Source: Escherichia coli (GTDB lineage Bacteria > Pseudomonadota > Gammaproteobacteria > Enterobacterales > Enterobacteriaceae). From it: 64,000 bases of DNA. A program made the position numbers and the translations under genes. Positions 1-11,733 of the stretch are shown here, piece after piece. The stretch is taken from NCBI RefSeq assembly GCF_030013205.1, contig NZ_CP122648.1; one strand, 5' to 3'. The notes under the pieces are model-generated. The model ran no database searches and had not been told where the DNA came from. It saw nothing but the letters and a program-made list of their open reading frames with translations. Within the stretch, counting starts at the first letter, position 1. Each line of letters opens with the position of its first letter.

Positions 1-38
1 GTTCAACACTTCAGCTATTTGTAAGGTTGTAATAGCAG

Positions 39-70
39 GTAGATGCCTGAATCTCTATTCAGGCATCTAC
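39..70. repeat. perfect 14-bp inverted repeat (stem-loop) upstream of the transporter gene
   Basis: gtagatgcctgaat-ctct-attcaggcatctac read directly; U-rich stretch follows on + strand. Confidence 0.5.
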
Positions 71-115
71 TTCTCCTGATTCTGATTTATCGCCGTGCAC
101 CTGATGGAGGAAAAA

Positions 116-1396
116 ATGAAGAAAATAAGTTTAACCACGATGATTCTTTTGGCGCTGGTACTTGGAATGATTATCGGCGTAGTGCTCAATAACACTGCTT
201 CACCGGAAACCGCAAAACTCTATGCGCAAGAAATATCGATATTCACGACGATTTTCTTACGACTGATAAAAATGATTATCGCTCCGTTAGTGGTCTCTAC
301 CCTGGTGGTAGGTATAGCTAAAATGGGCGATGCCAAAGCCCTTGGTCGTATTTTTTCTAAAACACTCTTTTTATTTATTTGCGCCTCATTGCTGTCAATT
401 GCCTTAGGCTTGATAACAGTAAATTTCTTCATGCCAGGCACAGGAATTAATTTTGTTGCACACGGAGCCGAAACCACCGGAGTGGTCGCGTCAGAACCCT
501 TTACGCTAAAAGTATTTATTTCGCATGCTTTCCCCACCAGCATTGTCGATGCCATGGCGCACAATGAAATTTTGCAAATCGTGGTGTTCTCAATTTTCCT
601 CGGCTGTAGCCTGACGGCGATTGGCGAGAAAGGCAGCGCCATCGTTCACGCCTTAGATTCACTGGCACATGCCATGTTAAAGCTCACTGGCTACGTCATG
701 CTCTTCGCTCCCCTGACCGTATTCGCTGCTATTTCAGCATTGATTGCTGAACGAGGACTGGCAGTTATGGTGAGCGCCGGGATCTTTATGGGTGAATTTT
801 ATTTCACCATGTTATTACTTTGGGTGCTGCTTATCGGTCTGGCCATCGTTTATGTTGGCCCCTGCATCAGACGCCTGACCCGCGCCCTTTCGGAACCCGC
901 CCTGCTGGCATTTACCACATCCAGTTCTGAAGCGGCTTTTCCGGGAACGCTTGAAAAACTGGAGCAATTTGGCGTTTCCCCAAAAATTGCCAGTTTTGTC
1001 TTACCCATTGGCTACTCATTTAATCTCGTTGGATCAATGGCCTACTGCTCCTTCGCCACAGTTTTCATCGCCCAGGCCTGCAATATCCATTTATCCATCG
1101 GTGAGCAAATCACCATGCTGTTGATCCTGATGTTGACCTCGAAAGGAATGGCTGGCGTACCACGCGCCTCAATGGTGGTTATCGCCGCCACGCTCAACCA
1201 GTTCAATATTCCGGAAGCGGGGCTGATCTTGCTGATGGGCGTTGATCCGTTCCTTGATATGGGGCGTTCAGCGACAAACGTCATGAGCAACGCAATGGGC
1301 GCTGCGATGGTGAGTCGGTGGGAAGGCGAACATTTCGGCGAGGGCTGTCGGGGTAAAGCATTAAAACCCAATGAATCGAACGTTGCTCTGCCCTGA
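116..1396 (+). CDS. dicarboxylate/amino acid:cation symporter (DAACS, DctA/GltP-like)
   Basis: ORF track 95..1396; GGAGG 5 nt upstream of ATG at 116; polytopic hydrophobic protein with serine-rich SSSEAAFPG motif typical of DctA/GltP family. Confidence 0.85.
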   Translation: MKKISLTTMILLALVLGMIIGVVLNNTASPETAKLYAQEISIFTTIFLRLIKMIIAPLVVSTLVVGIAKMGDAKALGRIFSKTLFLFICASLLSIALGLITVNFFMPGTGINFVAHGAETTGVVASEPFTLKVFISHAFPTSIVDAMAHNEILQIVVFSIFLGCSLTAIGEKGSAIVHALDSLAHAMLKLTGYVMLFAPLTVFAAISALIAERGLAVMVSAGIFMGEFYFTMLLLWVLLIGLAIVYVGPCIRRLTRALSEPALLAFTTSSSEAAFPGTLEKLEQFGVSPKIASFVLPIGYSFNLVGSMAYCSFATVFIAQACNIHLSIGEQITMLLILMLTSKGMAGVPRASMVVIAATLNQFNIPEAGLILLMGVDPFLDMGRSATNVMSNAMGAAMVSRWEGEHFGEGCRGKALKPNESNVALP

Positions 1397-1503
1397 GGGG
1401 GATCTTAAGCAATCAGAAGCCAATGACTACGCATTTTTATAAGCCGGATCATGAAGTTAGACGGCAATTAAGTAAAACTAACGTTTAAGGTGAAAAGTGA
1501 AAT

Positions 1504-3156
1504 ATGTCCAAACCATTTATCTGGCAAGAACCGTTTCTACAAAATAAAGACGGTACAGAATATACATTAATTAGCGATCAACATATTACAGTAACGGAAT
1601 TAGACGGCGAAGAAGTAATAAAAATCGCTCCTGAAGCATTAACGCTGCTTGCCCGGCAGGCATTTTATGAAGCCTCTTTTTTCTTACGTTCCGCTCATTT
1701 GCAACAGGTCGCCAGCATTCTTAACGATCCGCAGGCCAGTAGTAATGATAAATACGTTGCGTTGCAGTTATTACGTAATGCTGAAGTCTCAGCAAAAGGG
1801 GTATTACCCAACTGTCAGGATACCGGCACCGCAACTATTGTTGCCAGTAAAGGGCAACAGATATGGACTGGAGGTAACGACGCCAAAGCCTTAAGCAAAG
1901 GCATTTACACCACTTTTCAGGAAAATAATCTGCGCTTTTCACAAAATGCGCCGCTGGATATGTATACCGAAGTCAATACGCAAACCAATCTCCCGGCGCA
2001 GATTGATATCAGCGCTGTCGCTGGTGATGAGTACCATTTTCTCTGTGTTAATAAAGGGGGCGGCTCTGCCAATAAAGCCGCGCTTTATCAGGAAACCAAA
2101 TCCTTATTGCAACCAGAAAAACTGACCGCATTTTTAATCGAAAAAATGAAATCGCTGGGCACCGCTGCCTGCCCGCCTTACCACATCGCCTTTGTCGTCG
2201 GAGGGCTTTCAGCCGATCAAACCTTAAAAGTTGCCAAGCTGGCTTCTACGAAATATTACGACAATTTGCCCACCAGCGGAAACGAGCAGGGACAAGCATT
2301 CCGTGATATTGAGCTGGAAAAAGTGTTGCTCGAGGCCAGTCAGCAATTTGGTATTGGTGCGCAATTTGGGGGTAAATATTTCGCTCATGATATTCGCGTC
2401 ATTCGTCTGCCGCGTCACGGTGGCTCTTGCCCGATAGCTATGGCGCTCTCCTGTTCTGCCGATCGCAATATCAAAGCAAAAATTAACAAGCACGGTATCT
2501 GGCTGGAAAAACTCGAACACAATCCGGGGCAATATATTCCAGCCTCACTGCGGGAAGAAAATCACGCGCAACATGTACAACTGGATCTAAACCGTCCGTT
2601 GCGTGACGTGATGCAGGATCTCGCCAGATTACCGGTAGGCACCCGCGTGTCGTTAAGTGGTCCCATCGTAGTGGCACGCGATATCGCCCACGCCAAAATA
2701 AAAGCGCGGCTGGATAACGCCGAACCGATGCCGGATTACCTGAAGCATCATATTGTCTATTACGCTGGCCCGGCGAAAACACCGGAGAACATGGCCTGCG
2801 GTTCACTGGGTCCAACCACGGGCGGTCGAATGGACGGTTATGTCGATACCTTCCAGGCGGCTGGCGGCAGTCTGGTGATGTTATCGAAAGGTAACCGCAG
2901 CCAGCAGGTCACCGATGCCTGTCACAAACATGGTGGCTTCAATCTGGGTAGTATTGGCGGTGCAGCTGCGTTACTGGCGCAAGAATATGTCAAAAGTCTG
3001 CGTTGCCTGGAATACCCGGAGCTGGGTATGGAAGCGGTGTGGATGATGGAAGTGGAAAATCTGCCCGCATTCATCCTGGTAGATGATAAAGGCAATAATT
3101 TCTTTAGTCAGTTTGAGCAGCAACACCGCTGCGCCAGTTGCCCTGCGGGACATTAA
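1504..3156 (+). CDS. class I (Fe-S) fumarate hydratase family paralog; candidate mesaconase/fumarase
   Basis: 550 aa, colinear with remembered FumA/FumB along the whole length ([36 protein letters not shown] motifs); divergent enough to be a third paralog. Confidence 0.85.
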   Translation: MSKPFIWQEPFLQNKDGTEYTLISDQHITVTELDGEEVIKIAPEALTLLARQAFYEASFFLRSAHLQQVASILNDPQASSNDKYVALQLLRNAEVSAKGVLPNCQDTGTATIVASKGQQIWTGGNDAKALSKGIYTTFQENNLRFSQNAPLDMYTEVNTQTNLPAQIDISAVAGDEYHFLCVNKGGGSANKAALYQETKSLLQPEKLTAFLIEKMKSLGTAACPPYHIAFVVGGLSADQTLKVAKLASTKYYDNLPTSGNEQGQAFRDIELEKVLLEASQQFGIGAQFGGKYFAHDIRVIRLPRHGGSCPIAMALSCSADRNIKAKINKHGIWLEKLEHNPGQYIPASLREENHAQHVQLDLNRPLRDVMQDLARLPVGTRVSLSGPIVVARDIAHAKIKARLDNAEPMPDYLKHHIVYYAGPAKTPENMACGSLGPTTGGRMDGYVDTFQAAGGSLVMLSKGNRSQQVTDACHKHGGFNLGSIGGAAALLAQEYVKSLRCLEYPELGMEAVWMMEVENLPAFILVDDKGNNFFSQFEQQHRCASCPAGH

Positions 3157-3165
3157 GGAAAATGA

Positions 3166-3768
3166 ATGGAAGCGCGAATTTCAACTGAACGGCATGTGCA
3201 GCGCCAGCAGAAATTGAAGGAACAGGTCGATACGCGCGTCGCGGCGGCGATAGAGAAAAAAGGGATTTTGATTGTTTTCACCGGCAATGGCAAAGGGAAA
3301 TCCACTGCCGCGTTTGGTACTGTGACGCGCGCGGTGGGTCATGGCAAAACGGTGGGGGTTGCGCAGTACATCAAGGGGCAATGGGACAACGGCGAATACA
3401 ACCTTCTCCAGCCGCTGGGGGTTGAGTTTCATATTATGGGAACCGGTTTTACCTGGGAGACACAGAACCGGCAAGCGGATATCGACGCGGCGAAAGAGGT
3501 CTGGTCGGAAAGCAAACGGATGCTGGCTGACAAGCGTTACGACTTAGTGGTGCTTGATGAGCTGACCTATATGCTGGCTTACCATTATCTGGACACCGAA
3601 GAAGTGATCGCTTCTCTGCAAAACCGCCCGGCACAACAAAGTGTCATTGTCACCGGACGCGGTTGCCACAGTCAGATATTAAAAATGGCGGATACGGTCA
3701 GCGAAATCCGCCCCGTCAAACATGCTTTTGATAACGGCATTCAGGCGCAGCCGGGTATCGACTGGTAA
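3166..3768 (+). CDS. cob(I)alamin adenosyltransferase, CobA/BtuR family
   Basis: 200 aa; P-loop FTGNGKGKSTAAFG and overall similarity to remembered BtuR; 9 bp after the fumarase-like gene. Confidence 0.8.
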   Translation: MEARISTERHVQRQQKLKEQVDTRVAAAIEKKGILIVFTGNGKGKSTAAFGTVTRAVGHGKTVGVAQYIKGQWDNGEYNLLQPLGVEFHIMGTGFTWETQNRQADIDAAKEVWSESKRMLADKRYDLVVLDELTYMLAYHYLDTEEVIASLQNRPAQQSVIVTGRGCHSQILKMADTVSEIRPVKHAFDNGIQAQPGIDW

Positions 3769-3801
3769 TAACTGCGCCTGGCATCCCGCCAGGCGCAGGT
3801 T

Positions 3802-4707
3802 TTACATCTCCTGCGGTACGACCGATTTCGCCAGCAACCATTCACGAAATTGCTGCAAGTGCGGCGAGTCAGACTTCTCTTCCTGCCACGTCATAATAAA
3901 ACGATTACCGGTACGAATAGGCACATCACAGGGAATCACCATATCGCCACTATCCAAATCATGTTGAATAGCGAACCGTGGTAACAGCGCCACGCCGAGA
4001 TTAGAGCGCACGGCGGCAATCAGCATTGAAAGCAAATCGAAACGTGGTCCGTTATTGACCAGCGGACTGCTAACGCCAGATAAAGCAAACCACTCTTCCC
4101 AGCCAGTAATACGGGTGCTTTGATGCAGAAGTGGTAACTCAGTAAGCAGTTCTGCCACTGACAGTTTTTGATCGGACATTGCAAGCAAACTGCCGCTGCA
4201 TACCGGCAAAATCTCCTCATCAAAGAGATATTCTACTTCCGCCCAGGGCGCGCAAAAATTTTCGCGCATAATGACAGCATCGTACTCCCGATTAAGAAAA
4301 TCGCCGTTATTAGCTAAAGAATGAATATTAACAATAATATCGGGATGTAACTTTGTGAATTCATGTAAATTTGGGATTAACCAGTGGGTACTAAAAGTAG
4401 GATTAACGGCAAGTTCAATAACCTGAACCGTAGGCTGCCAGGTCATAATGGTATTGGTATCGCGTTCCAGCTTATTTAATGTTTCTTTTACTATCCCCAG
4501 GTAATACTTCCCTGCATCATTAAGAAAAATACGTTTTTTAGAGTGTGAAAATAACGGAGTATGTAAAAATTCCTCCAGCGCACTCACTTGTCTGAATACA
4601 GCACTTTGGGTTAACGCTAACTCCTCTGCCGCTCTGGTATAACTTTCATGACGTGCGACGACCTCAAAAGTCACCAGCAGCTCCGTTTTAGGTATTTTTC
4701 CTCGCAT
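3802..4707 (-). CDS. LysR-type transcriptional regulator
   Basis: 301 aa; N-terminal HTH ...YTRAAEELALTQSAVFRQV...; convergent with the upstream 3-gene cluster. Confidence 0.85.
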   Translation of the reverse strand: MRGKIPKTELLVTFEVVARHESYTRAAEELALTQSAVFRQVSALEEFLHTPLFSHSKKRIFLNDAGKYYLGIVKETLNKLERDTNTIMTWQPTVQVIELAVNPTFSTHWLIPNLHEFTKLHPDIIVNIHSLANNGDFLNREYDAVIMRENFCAPWAEVEYLFDEEILPVCSGSLLAMSDQKLSVAELLTELPLLHQSTRITGWEEWFALSGVSSPLVNNGPRFDLLSMLIAAVRSNLGVALLPRFAIQHDLDSGDMVIPCDVPIRTGNRFIMTWQEEKSDSPHLQQFREWLLAKSVVPQEM

Positions 4708-5272
4708 AATGCCGTCCCTTAAAAATAGTTTAAACCATCAAAAATACATTACTTATTACGAAGTAATGGTAACCAAAGCAGCAATAAATAATTTATAAGA
4801 ATCATGATTGACATTTATAACCCAGTAAGCCTAGCGTGACAAATATCTTAATCAGATAATAATAATCCGAAAAGCACAGCGCCTTTCGAATTATCCGGAA
4901 TCACATTAAGTGAAAATTATTAAATTGATATCATTTATCATATCTGTGGATATTATGATAAACAATCAACAAAGATTTTATTTTTGATTTATAGCATATC
5001 CCTCTAAGAATTTTTGCGATGCTGCAATATCCGGGTAAAGACCCGATCCTGGCTGACAAATGGCACGACTTGACGATAAGCGGTGAACATCGCTTTTGTT
5101 GATTTACTTAACGCTACGGTCAAACGCTGGGAAGCCAGTGCATCAGGTAACGATTCGAAATTCGCCGTCGTTCTTATTCGTGGCTTGCGGTCGGTTGCGG
5201 CAATCCACAGTGGCTGTGGTCATGCAGTCAAGCCAGCGGTCAGATTTCGACCGTGGTTAACATTTAAGGCAT

Positions 5273-5371
5273 AAAAAAGGCCATCATACGATGGCCAACC
5301 ATGTCGAAACCGACAGCCCTTCGCCATTCCTGTAGAGGGAAGCGGCGAGGGCTATTTCTTATTACAGATAT
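5273..5371 (-). ncRNA. sdhX: sucD 3'UTR ending in intrinsic terminator; candidate SdhX-type 3'UTR-derived sRNA
   Basis: about 100 nt between sucD stop and hairpin ggccatc-ata-cgatggcc (5279-5296) followed by U-run on minus strand; SdhX occupies this position in K-12 (memory). Confidence 0.35.
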
Positions 5372-6241
5372 TTATTTCAGAACAGTTTTCAGTGCTTCAC
5401 CGATATCCGCCAGGCTGCGAACGGTTTTCACGCCTGCGGCTTCCAGAGCAGCGAATTTCTCATCCGCAGTCCCTTTCCCACCGGCAATGATGGCACCCGC
5501 GTGGCCCATACGTTTGCCTTTCGGCGCAGTTACACCAGCGATGTAACCTACAACTGGCTTGGTAACGTGCTCTTTGATGTACGCAGCCGCTTCTTCTTCA
5601 GCACTACCGCCGATCTCACCGATCATCACGATCGCTTCGGTCTGCGGATCTTTTTCGAACATTTCGAGGATGTCGATAAAGTTAGAGCCAGGGATCGGGT
5701 CGCCGCCGATACCAACACAGGTCGACTGACCGAAACCGTAATCCGTGGTCTGTTTAACCGCTTCATAGGTCAGTGTACCGGAACGGGAAACGATACCCAC
5801 TTTACCCGGTTTGTGAATGTGACCAGGCTGGATACCGATTTTGCATTCACCCGGAGTGATAACGCCTGGGCAGTTCGGGCCGATCATGCGAACGCCCGCT
5901 TCATCCAGTTTCACCTTCACGGTCAGCATATCCAGCGTCGGGATGCCTTCAGTGATGGTGATAATCAGTTTGATGCCTGCATCGATAGCTTCCAGAATGG
6001 AGTCTTTGCAGAACGGTGCTGGTACGTAGATAACAGAAGCGGTAGCGCCAGTAGCAGCAACAGCTTCACGCACGGTGTTGAACACCGGCAGGCCGAGGTG
6101 GGTGGTGCCGCCTTTACCTGGGGTTACACCGCCAACCATTTTAGTGCCGTATGCAATGGCTTGTTCAGAGTGGAAAGTCCCCTGGCTACCGGTAAAGCCC
6201 TGGCAGATAACCTTGGTGTTTTTATCAATTAAAATGGACAT
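5372..6241 (-). CDS. sucD: succinyl-CoA synthetase alpha subunit
   Basis: 289 aa, recognisable SucD sequence; stop/start overlap with sucC. Confidence 0.97.
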
Positions 6242-7407
6242 TATTTCCCCTCCACTGCGGCAACAACCTGCTGAGCTGCATCCGTCAGACCTTTTGCTGC
6301 AATAATATTCAGGCCGCTGTCAGCCAGTTTCTTCGCGCCGAGTTCGGCGTTGTTACCTTCCAGACGTACCACGACCGGTACGTTAACACCCACTTCCGCT
6401 ACCGCGCCAATGATACCGTCAGCGATCAGGTCGCAACGAACGATACCGCCGAAGATGTTAACCAGAACGGCTTTCACTTTGTCGTCAGAGAGGATGATTT
6501 TGAACGCTTCGGTTACACGTTCTTTGGTTGCGCCGCCGCCAACGTCCAGGAAGTTAGCTGGTTCGCCGCCGTGCAGTTTAACGATGTCCATCGTACCCAT
6601 CGCCAGACCTGCGCCGTTAACCATACAACCGATGTTACCGTCCAGCGCAACGTAGTTCAGTTCCCACTGTGCAGCTTGTGCTTCACGCGGATCTTCCTGC
6701 GACTGGTCACGCATTTCGCGCAGATCAGGCTGGCGGAACAGTGCGTTGCCATCAGCGCCCAGTTTGCCGTCGAGGCAAATCAGATCGCCCTGTTTGGTAA
6801 TGACCAGCGGGTTGATTTCGATCAGCGCCAGGTCGCGCTCCAGGAAAATGGTCGCCAGGCCCATGAAGATTTTGGTGAACTGCTGAACCAGTTTACCTTC
6901 CAGACCCAGTTTAAACGCCAGCTCGCGTCCCTGATACGGCATCGGGCCAGTCAGCGGATCAAGCGCAACTTTATGGATCAGGTGCGGAGTTTCTTCCGCC
7001 ACTTTTTCGATTTCCACGCCGCCTTCGGTGGAGGCCATAAAGACCACACGACGGGAACTACGGTCAACAACGGCACCGAGATACAGCTCTTTAGCGATAT
7101 CGGTCGCTGCTTCAACCAGAATCTGGTTAACCGGTTGGCCATTGGCATCTGTTTGATACGTTACCAGACGCTTGCCCAGCCAGTTTTCTGCAAAAGCACG
7201 GATGTCTTCTTTGCTGTTTACCACTTTCACACCGCCCGCTTTACCGCGGCCACCAGCGTGAACCTGACATTTCACTACCCACGGACCGGCACCGATTTTT
7301 GAAGCGGCTTCTTCTGCTTCGCGCGGAGTAGTACAGGCATAACCCACCGGTGCTGGTAAGCCATAGCGGGCAAAAAGTTGTTTTGCCTGATATTCATGTA
7401 AGTTCAT
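6241..7407 (-). CDS. sucC: succinyl-CoA synthetase beta subunit
   Basis: 388 aa [18 protein letters not shown]... Confidence 0.97.
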
Positions 7408-7500
7408 GTGTTCTGTCCATCCTTCAGTAATCGTTATCTTTTAAACCGTAGACCGACACCCTATCCACGTCGGTCTACAGTGCAGGTGAAGCTTAAACTA

Positions 7501-8718
7501 CTACACGTCCAGCAGCAGACGAGTCGGATCTTCCAGCAACTCTTTGATCGTTACCAGGAAGCCCACGGATTCGCGACCATCGATCAGACGGTGATCGTAG
7601 GACAGCGCCAGGTACATCATCGGCAGGATCTCAACCTGACCATTCACCGCCATCGGACGATCTTTGATAGCGTGCATACCCAGAATTGCGCTCTGCGGCG
7701 GGTTGATGATCGGCGTAGACATCAGGGAACCGAACACACCACCATTGGTGATGGTGAAGTTACCACCGGTCAGATCTTCAACCGTCAGCTTGCCGTCACG
7801 GCCTTTAACTGCCAGCTCTTTGATTTTCTTCTCGATGTCTGCCATGCCTAGGGTATCGACATCACGCAGTACCGGCGTCACCAGGCCGCGCGGCGTAGAA
7901 ACCGCCATGCTGACGTCGAAATAGTTGTGGTAAACCACATCATCGCCGTCGATAGAAGCATTCACTTCCGGGTAACGTTTCAGGGCTTCAACCACCGCTT
8001 TCACGTAGAAGGACATAAAGCCCAGACGGATGCCGTGGCGTTTTTCAAACGCTTCACCGTACTGCTTACGCAGATCCATAATCGGCTTCATATTGACTTC
8101 GTTGAACGTGGTCAGCATGGCGGTGGAGTTTTTCGCTTCCAGCAGACGCTCTGCCACACGCTTACGCAGGCGAGTCATCGGGACACGTTTTTCGCTACGT
8201 GCAGCCAGAGCCGGTTGCGCCGCCGGAGCAGCCGCTGCCGGAGCAGACTCTTTCGCCGGGGCTTTCGCCAGATGTTTTTCCACATCTTCACGAGTCAGAC
8301 GACCACCCACACCGGTGCCTTTAATGGCGCTGGCGTCGAGGTTGTGTTCAGCCAGCAGGCGACGGATCGCCGGGCTTAACGCATCGTTGTTTTGCTCTTC
8401 CAGAGACGCCTGCTGGCGTTGCGCCGGAGTGGACGCTTTCTCTTCAGATTTGGCGCTGGTTTCTTTACCCGCGCTGTTGCCTTCACGCAGGCGACCAAGG
8501 ATCTGACGAGACGTTACCGTTGTACCTTCATCTTCCAGAACCGCATCCAGAATGCCGTCTGCTGATGCCGGTACTTCCAGTACCACTTTGTCAGTTTCGA
8601 TTTCTACCAGCACTTCATCACGTACGACTGCGTCGCCGGGTTTTTTATGCCAGGTTGCGACGGTGGCATCGGCTACGGATTCAGGCAGGTCAGGGACCAG
8701 AATATCTACGCTACTCAT
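7501..8718 (-). CDS. sucB: 2-oxoglutarate dehydrogenase E2 (dihydrolipoyl succinyltransferase)
   Basis: 405 aa; lipoyl domain, Ala/Pro linker, catalytic domain. Confidence 0.97.
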
Positions 8719-8732
8719 TGTGTATCCTTTAT

Positions 8733-11534
8733 TTATTCGACGTTCAGCGCGTCATTAACCAGATCTTGTTGCTGTTTCTGGTGAACGGACATATACCCTA
8801 CCGCCGGAGAGGCGGAGGCCGGGCGGCCTGCATAACGCAGAGAAGCCCCAAACGGAATCACTTCACGGAAATGATGCTGGCTGCAGTACCATGCGCCCTG
8901 GTTGAGCGGCTCTTCCTGGCACCAGACAAAATCCTTGACGTGAGCAAACTGCTGCAACACTTCCTGCATCGCTTTATGCGGGAACGGGTAGAGTTGCTCG
9001 ATACGCACAATGGCGACATCGTGTTGATTGTTCTTACGACGTTGTTCCAGCAGGTCGTAATAAACCTTACCAGAACACATCACTACACGCTTAACACCCT
9101 TCGGATCAAGCTCGTCGATTTCACCGATGGCTGGCAGGAAGGTGCCGTTCGCCAGTTCTTCGAGGCTGGATACCGCCAGCGGATGACGCAGCAGGGATTT
9201 CGGCGACATCACGACCAGTGGACGACGCATCCCGCGCAACGCCTGACGACGCAGCATGTGGTAAACCTGTGCCGGGGTAGACGGTACGCACACCTGCATG
9301 TTTTGCTCAGCGCAAAGTTGCAGATAACGTTCCAGACGCGCGGAGGAGTGCTCCGGTCCCTGCCCTTCGTAACCGTGCGGCAGCAACATCACCAGGCCAC
9401 ACATCCGGCCCCATTTCTGCTCGCCAGAGGAGATGAACTGGTCGATAACCACCTGAGCACCGTTGGCGAAGTCACCGAATTGCGCTTCCCAGATGGTCAG
9501 GGTGCGTGGTTCTGCGGTGGCATAACCGTATTCAAACGCCAGCACGGCTTCTTCTGACAGTACGGAGTCCCAGACACGGAACGCGCCCTGACCGTTATGG
9601 ATGTGTTGCAGCGGCGTGTAAGTGGAACCGTTAGACTGGTTGTGGATCACCGCGTGGCGGTGGAAGAAGGTACCGCGACCGGAGTCTTCACCCGACAGGC
9701 GAACCGGAATGCCTTCATCAACCAGCGTGGCGTAAGCGAGGTTTTCCGCGCCGCCCCAGTCGAACAGTTTCTCACCGGCAGCCATCGCCTGGCGATCGCC
9801 ATAAATCTTGGCAACGCGAGACTGCATTTCAACTGCTTCCGGCACCGTACTGATGCGTTTAGCCAGTTCCTGCAGGCGCTTCATCTCAACTTTGTTCGGG
9901 TACTCTTCGTCCCATTCGTGGTTGAGGTATGGCGACCAGGTGAAAGAGTGCATGTTCATCGGACGCCACTCTGCCACTACGCAATCGCCAGCATCCAGCG
10001 CATCGCGGTACAGGTTAACCATCTCGGTGGCATCTTCCAGTGTCGCGACTTTTTCCTGCTCCAGCTTGTCAGCGTAGATTTTGCGCGGCGTCGGATGTTT
10101 TTTGATTTTCTGATACATCAGCGGCTGGGTTGCGCTCGGCTCGTCGGCTTCGTTGTGGCCATGACGGCGGTAGCACACCAGGTCGATGAAGACATCACGT
10201 TTAAAGGTGTTACGGAAATCGAGCGCCAGACGGGTCACAAAGGCAACGGCTTCCGGATCATCCGCGTTAACGTGGAAAATCGGTGCCTGAACCATCTTAC
10301 CGATATCAGTACAGTACGGCGTCGAACGGGCATCCAGCGGGTTAGAGGTGGTGAAGCCAACCTGGTTGTTGATAACGATACGTACCGTACCGCCAACTTC
10401 ATAGCCACGCGCTTTCGACATGTTCAGGGTTTCCTGAACCACGCCCTGCCCGGTCACTGCGGCGTCACCGTGGATGGTAATTGGCAGCACTTTGTTGCTG
10501 CTCGGCTCATCAAGTCTGTCCAGACGGGCACGAACAGAACCGATAACTACCGGGCTTACAATCTCAAGGTGAGACGGGTTAAACGCCAGCGCCAGGTGCA
10601 CCAGGCCGCCATCGGTCTGGAAGTCAGACGAGAAGCCCATGTGGTATTTCACGTCGCCCGTGCCGAGGTGTTCTTTATGTTTACCGGCAAACTCGTCGAA
10701 CAAGTCTTGCGGTTTTTTACCCAGCACGTTCACCAGCACGTTCAGACGACCACGGTGCGCCATCCCGAGAACCACTTCGCGGGTGCCGCTGTTGCCAGCG
10801 TGGCGGATCATCTCTTTAAGCATCGGGATTAACGCGTCACCGCCTTCCAGCGAGAAGCGTTTTGCGCCAGGGAATTTTGCGCCGAGGTAACGTTCAAGGC
10901 CTTCAGCGGCGGTCAGTTCGCTTAAGAAGCGTTTTTTCTCTTCGCTATTGAAAGTCGCGCGACCAGACTCGATACGCTGTTGGATCCAGCGTTTTTCTTC
11001 GGTGCTGGTAATATGCATATACTCGGCACCAATCGGGCCGCAGTAGGTTTGCTTGAGGGCTTCCAGCAGTTCGCCGAGTTTCATGGTTTCTTTGCCGCTG
11101 GCAAATGAACCGACGTTGAAGGTCTCCTGGAAGTCTGCTTCGGTCAGATCGTGGAAAGACGGATCCAGATCGGCCACTTTATCTTGCTGCCACAGTCCCA
11201 GCGGATCGAGATTCGCATGCTGGTGACCACGGAAGCGGTATGCGTTAATGAGCTGCAGGACTTTAACCTGCTTCACATTGGTGTCAGGGTCGGAGATCGT
11301 TGAAGAGTAACGTGAAGCGTCTTTCGCCAGGCGGCGGAAATATTCACGCGTTTGAGAGTGGAATTGATCCGGTTTGACTCCCGTACCAGGTAACTGCTGG
11401 AACGTCGAACGCCAGTTAGCGTCAACCGAGTCAGGATCGGTTAAGAAGTCTTCATAGAGCTGTTCTATCCAGCTCTGGTTTGCGCCAGAGAGGTAAGAAG
11501 AGTCCAACCAGGCTTTCAAAGCGCTGTTCTGCAT
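8733..11534 (-). CDS. sucA: 2-oxoglutarate dehydrogenase E1
   Basis: 933 aa [17 protein letters not shown]... Confidence 0.97.
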   Translation of the reverse strand: MQNSALKAWLDSSYLSGANQSWIEQLYEDFLTDPDSVDANWRSTFQQLPGTGVKPDQFHSQTREYFRRLAKDASRYSSTISDPDTNVKQVKVLQLINAYRFRGHQHANLDPLGLWQQDKVADLDPSFHDLTEADFQETFNVGSFASGKETMKLGELLEALKQTYCGPIGAEYMHITSTEEKRWIQQRIESGRATFNSEEKKRFLSELTAAEGLERYLGAKFPGAKRFSLEGGDALIPMLKEMIRHAGNSGTREVVLGMAHRGRLNVLVNVLGKKPQDLFDEFAGKHKEHLGTGDVKYHMGFSSDFQTDGGLVHLALAFNPSHLEIVSPVVIGSVRARLDRLDEPSSNKVLPITIHGDAAVTGQGVVQETLNMSKARGYEVGGTVRIVINNQVGFTTSNPLDARSTPYCTDIGKMVQAPIFHVNADDPEAVAFVTRLALDFRNTFKRDVFIDLVCYRRHGHNEADEPSATQPLMYQKIKKHPTPRKIYADKLEQEKVATLEDATEMVNLYRDALDAGDCVVAEWRPMNMHSFTWSPYLNHEWDEEYPNKVEMKRLQELAKRISTVPEAVEMQSRVAKIYGDRQAMAAGEKLFDWGGAENLAYATLVDEGIPVRLSGEDSGRGTFFHRHAVIHNQSNGSTYTPLQHIHNGQGAFRVWDSVLSEEAVLAFEYGYATAEPRTLTIWEAQFGDFANGAQVVIDQFISSGEQKWGRMCGLVMLLPHGYEGQGPEHSSARLERYLQLCAEQNMQVCVPSTPAQVYHMLRRQALRGMRRPLVVMSPKSLLRHPLAVSSLEELANGTFLPAIGEIDELDPKGVKRVVMCSGKVYYDLLEQRRKNNQHDVAIVRIEQLYPFPHKAMQEVLQQFAHVKDFVWCQEEPLNQGAWYCSQHHFREVIPFGASLRYAGRPASASPAVGYMSVHQKQQQDLVNDALNVE

Positions 11535-11733
11535 CGTGATCCCTTAAGCATCTTTTTTATGCTTACTTCGCCGTGGATACTACCACGCACAGTGATGTGC
11601 GTGCCGGGGTTCACTTGCGAGCTCTTGTCTACGTAGTGGCTCGCGAAGGAACCTTTAAAAACTGTCTTAGTGTCAGGGGCAGTTTTTAAAGATTTCCTGA
11701 ATAGCCGGGGATTTCCCCGGCATCAACATTTAA

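Noticed and set aside
95-115. Upstream GTG start (MHLMEEK...) for the transporter gene
   Set aside because: No Shine-Dalgarno for the GTG at 95 or ATG at 104, whereas ATG at 116 has GGAGG 5 nt upstream.
5083-5274. 63-aa GTG-initiated + strand ORF between the LysR gene and sucD, considered as a possible mngR remnant
   Set aside because: Bounded by stops immediately upstream, no ribosome-binding site, no similarity I can recognise; more likely non-coding spacer.
9597-10832. 411-aa + strand ORF inside sucA; similarly 12565..14262 (565 aa, opposite sdhA), 50765..51802 (345 aa, opposite pgm), 58711..59553 (opposite glnS), 60793..61719 (opposite nagE), 5501..6232 and 6571..7302 (opposite sucD/sucC)
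   Set aside because: All lie antisense to highly conserved genes; translations are low-complexity and Arg/His-rich with no recognisable domains, as expected for reverse-frame artefacts in GC-rich coding DNA.
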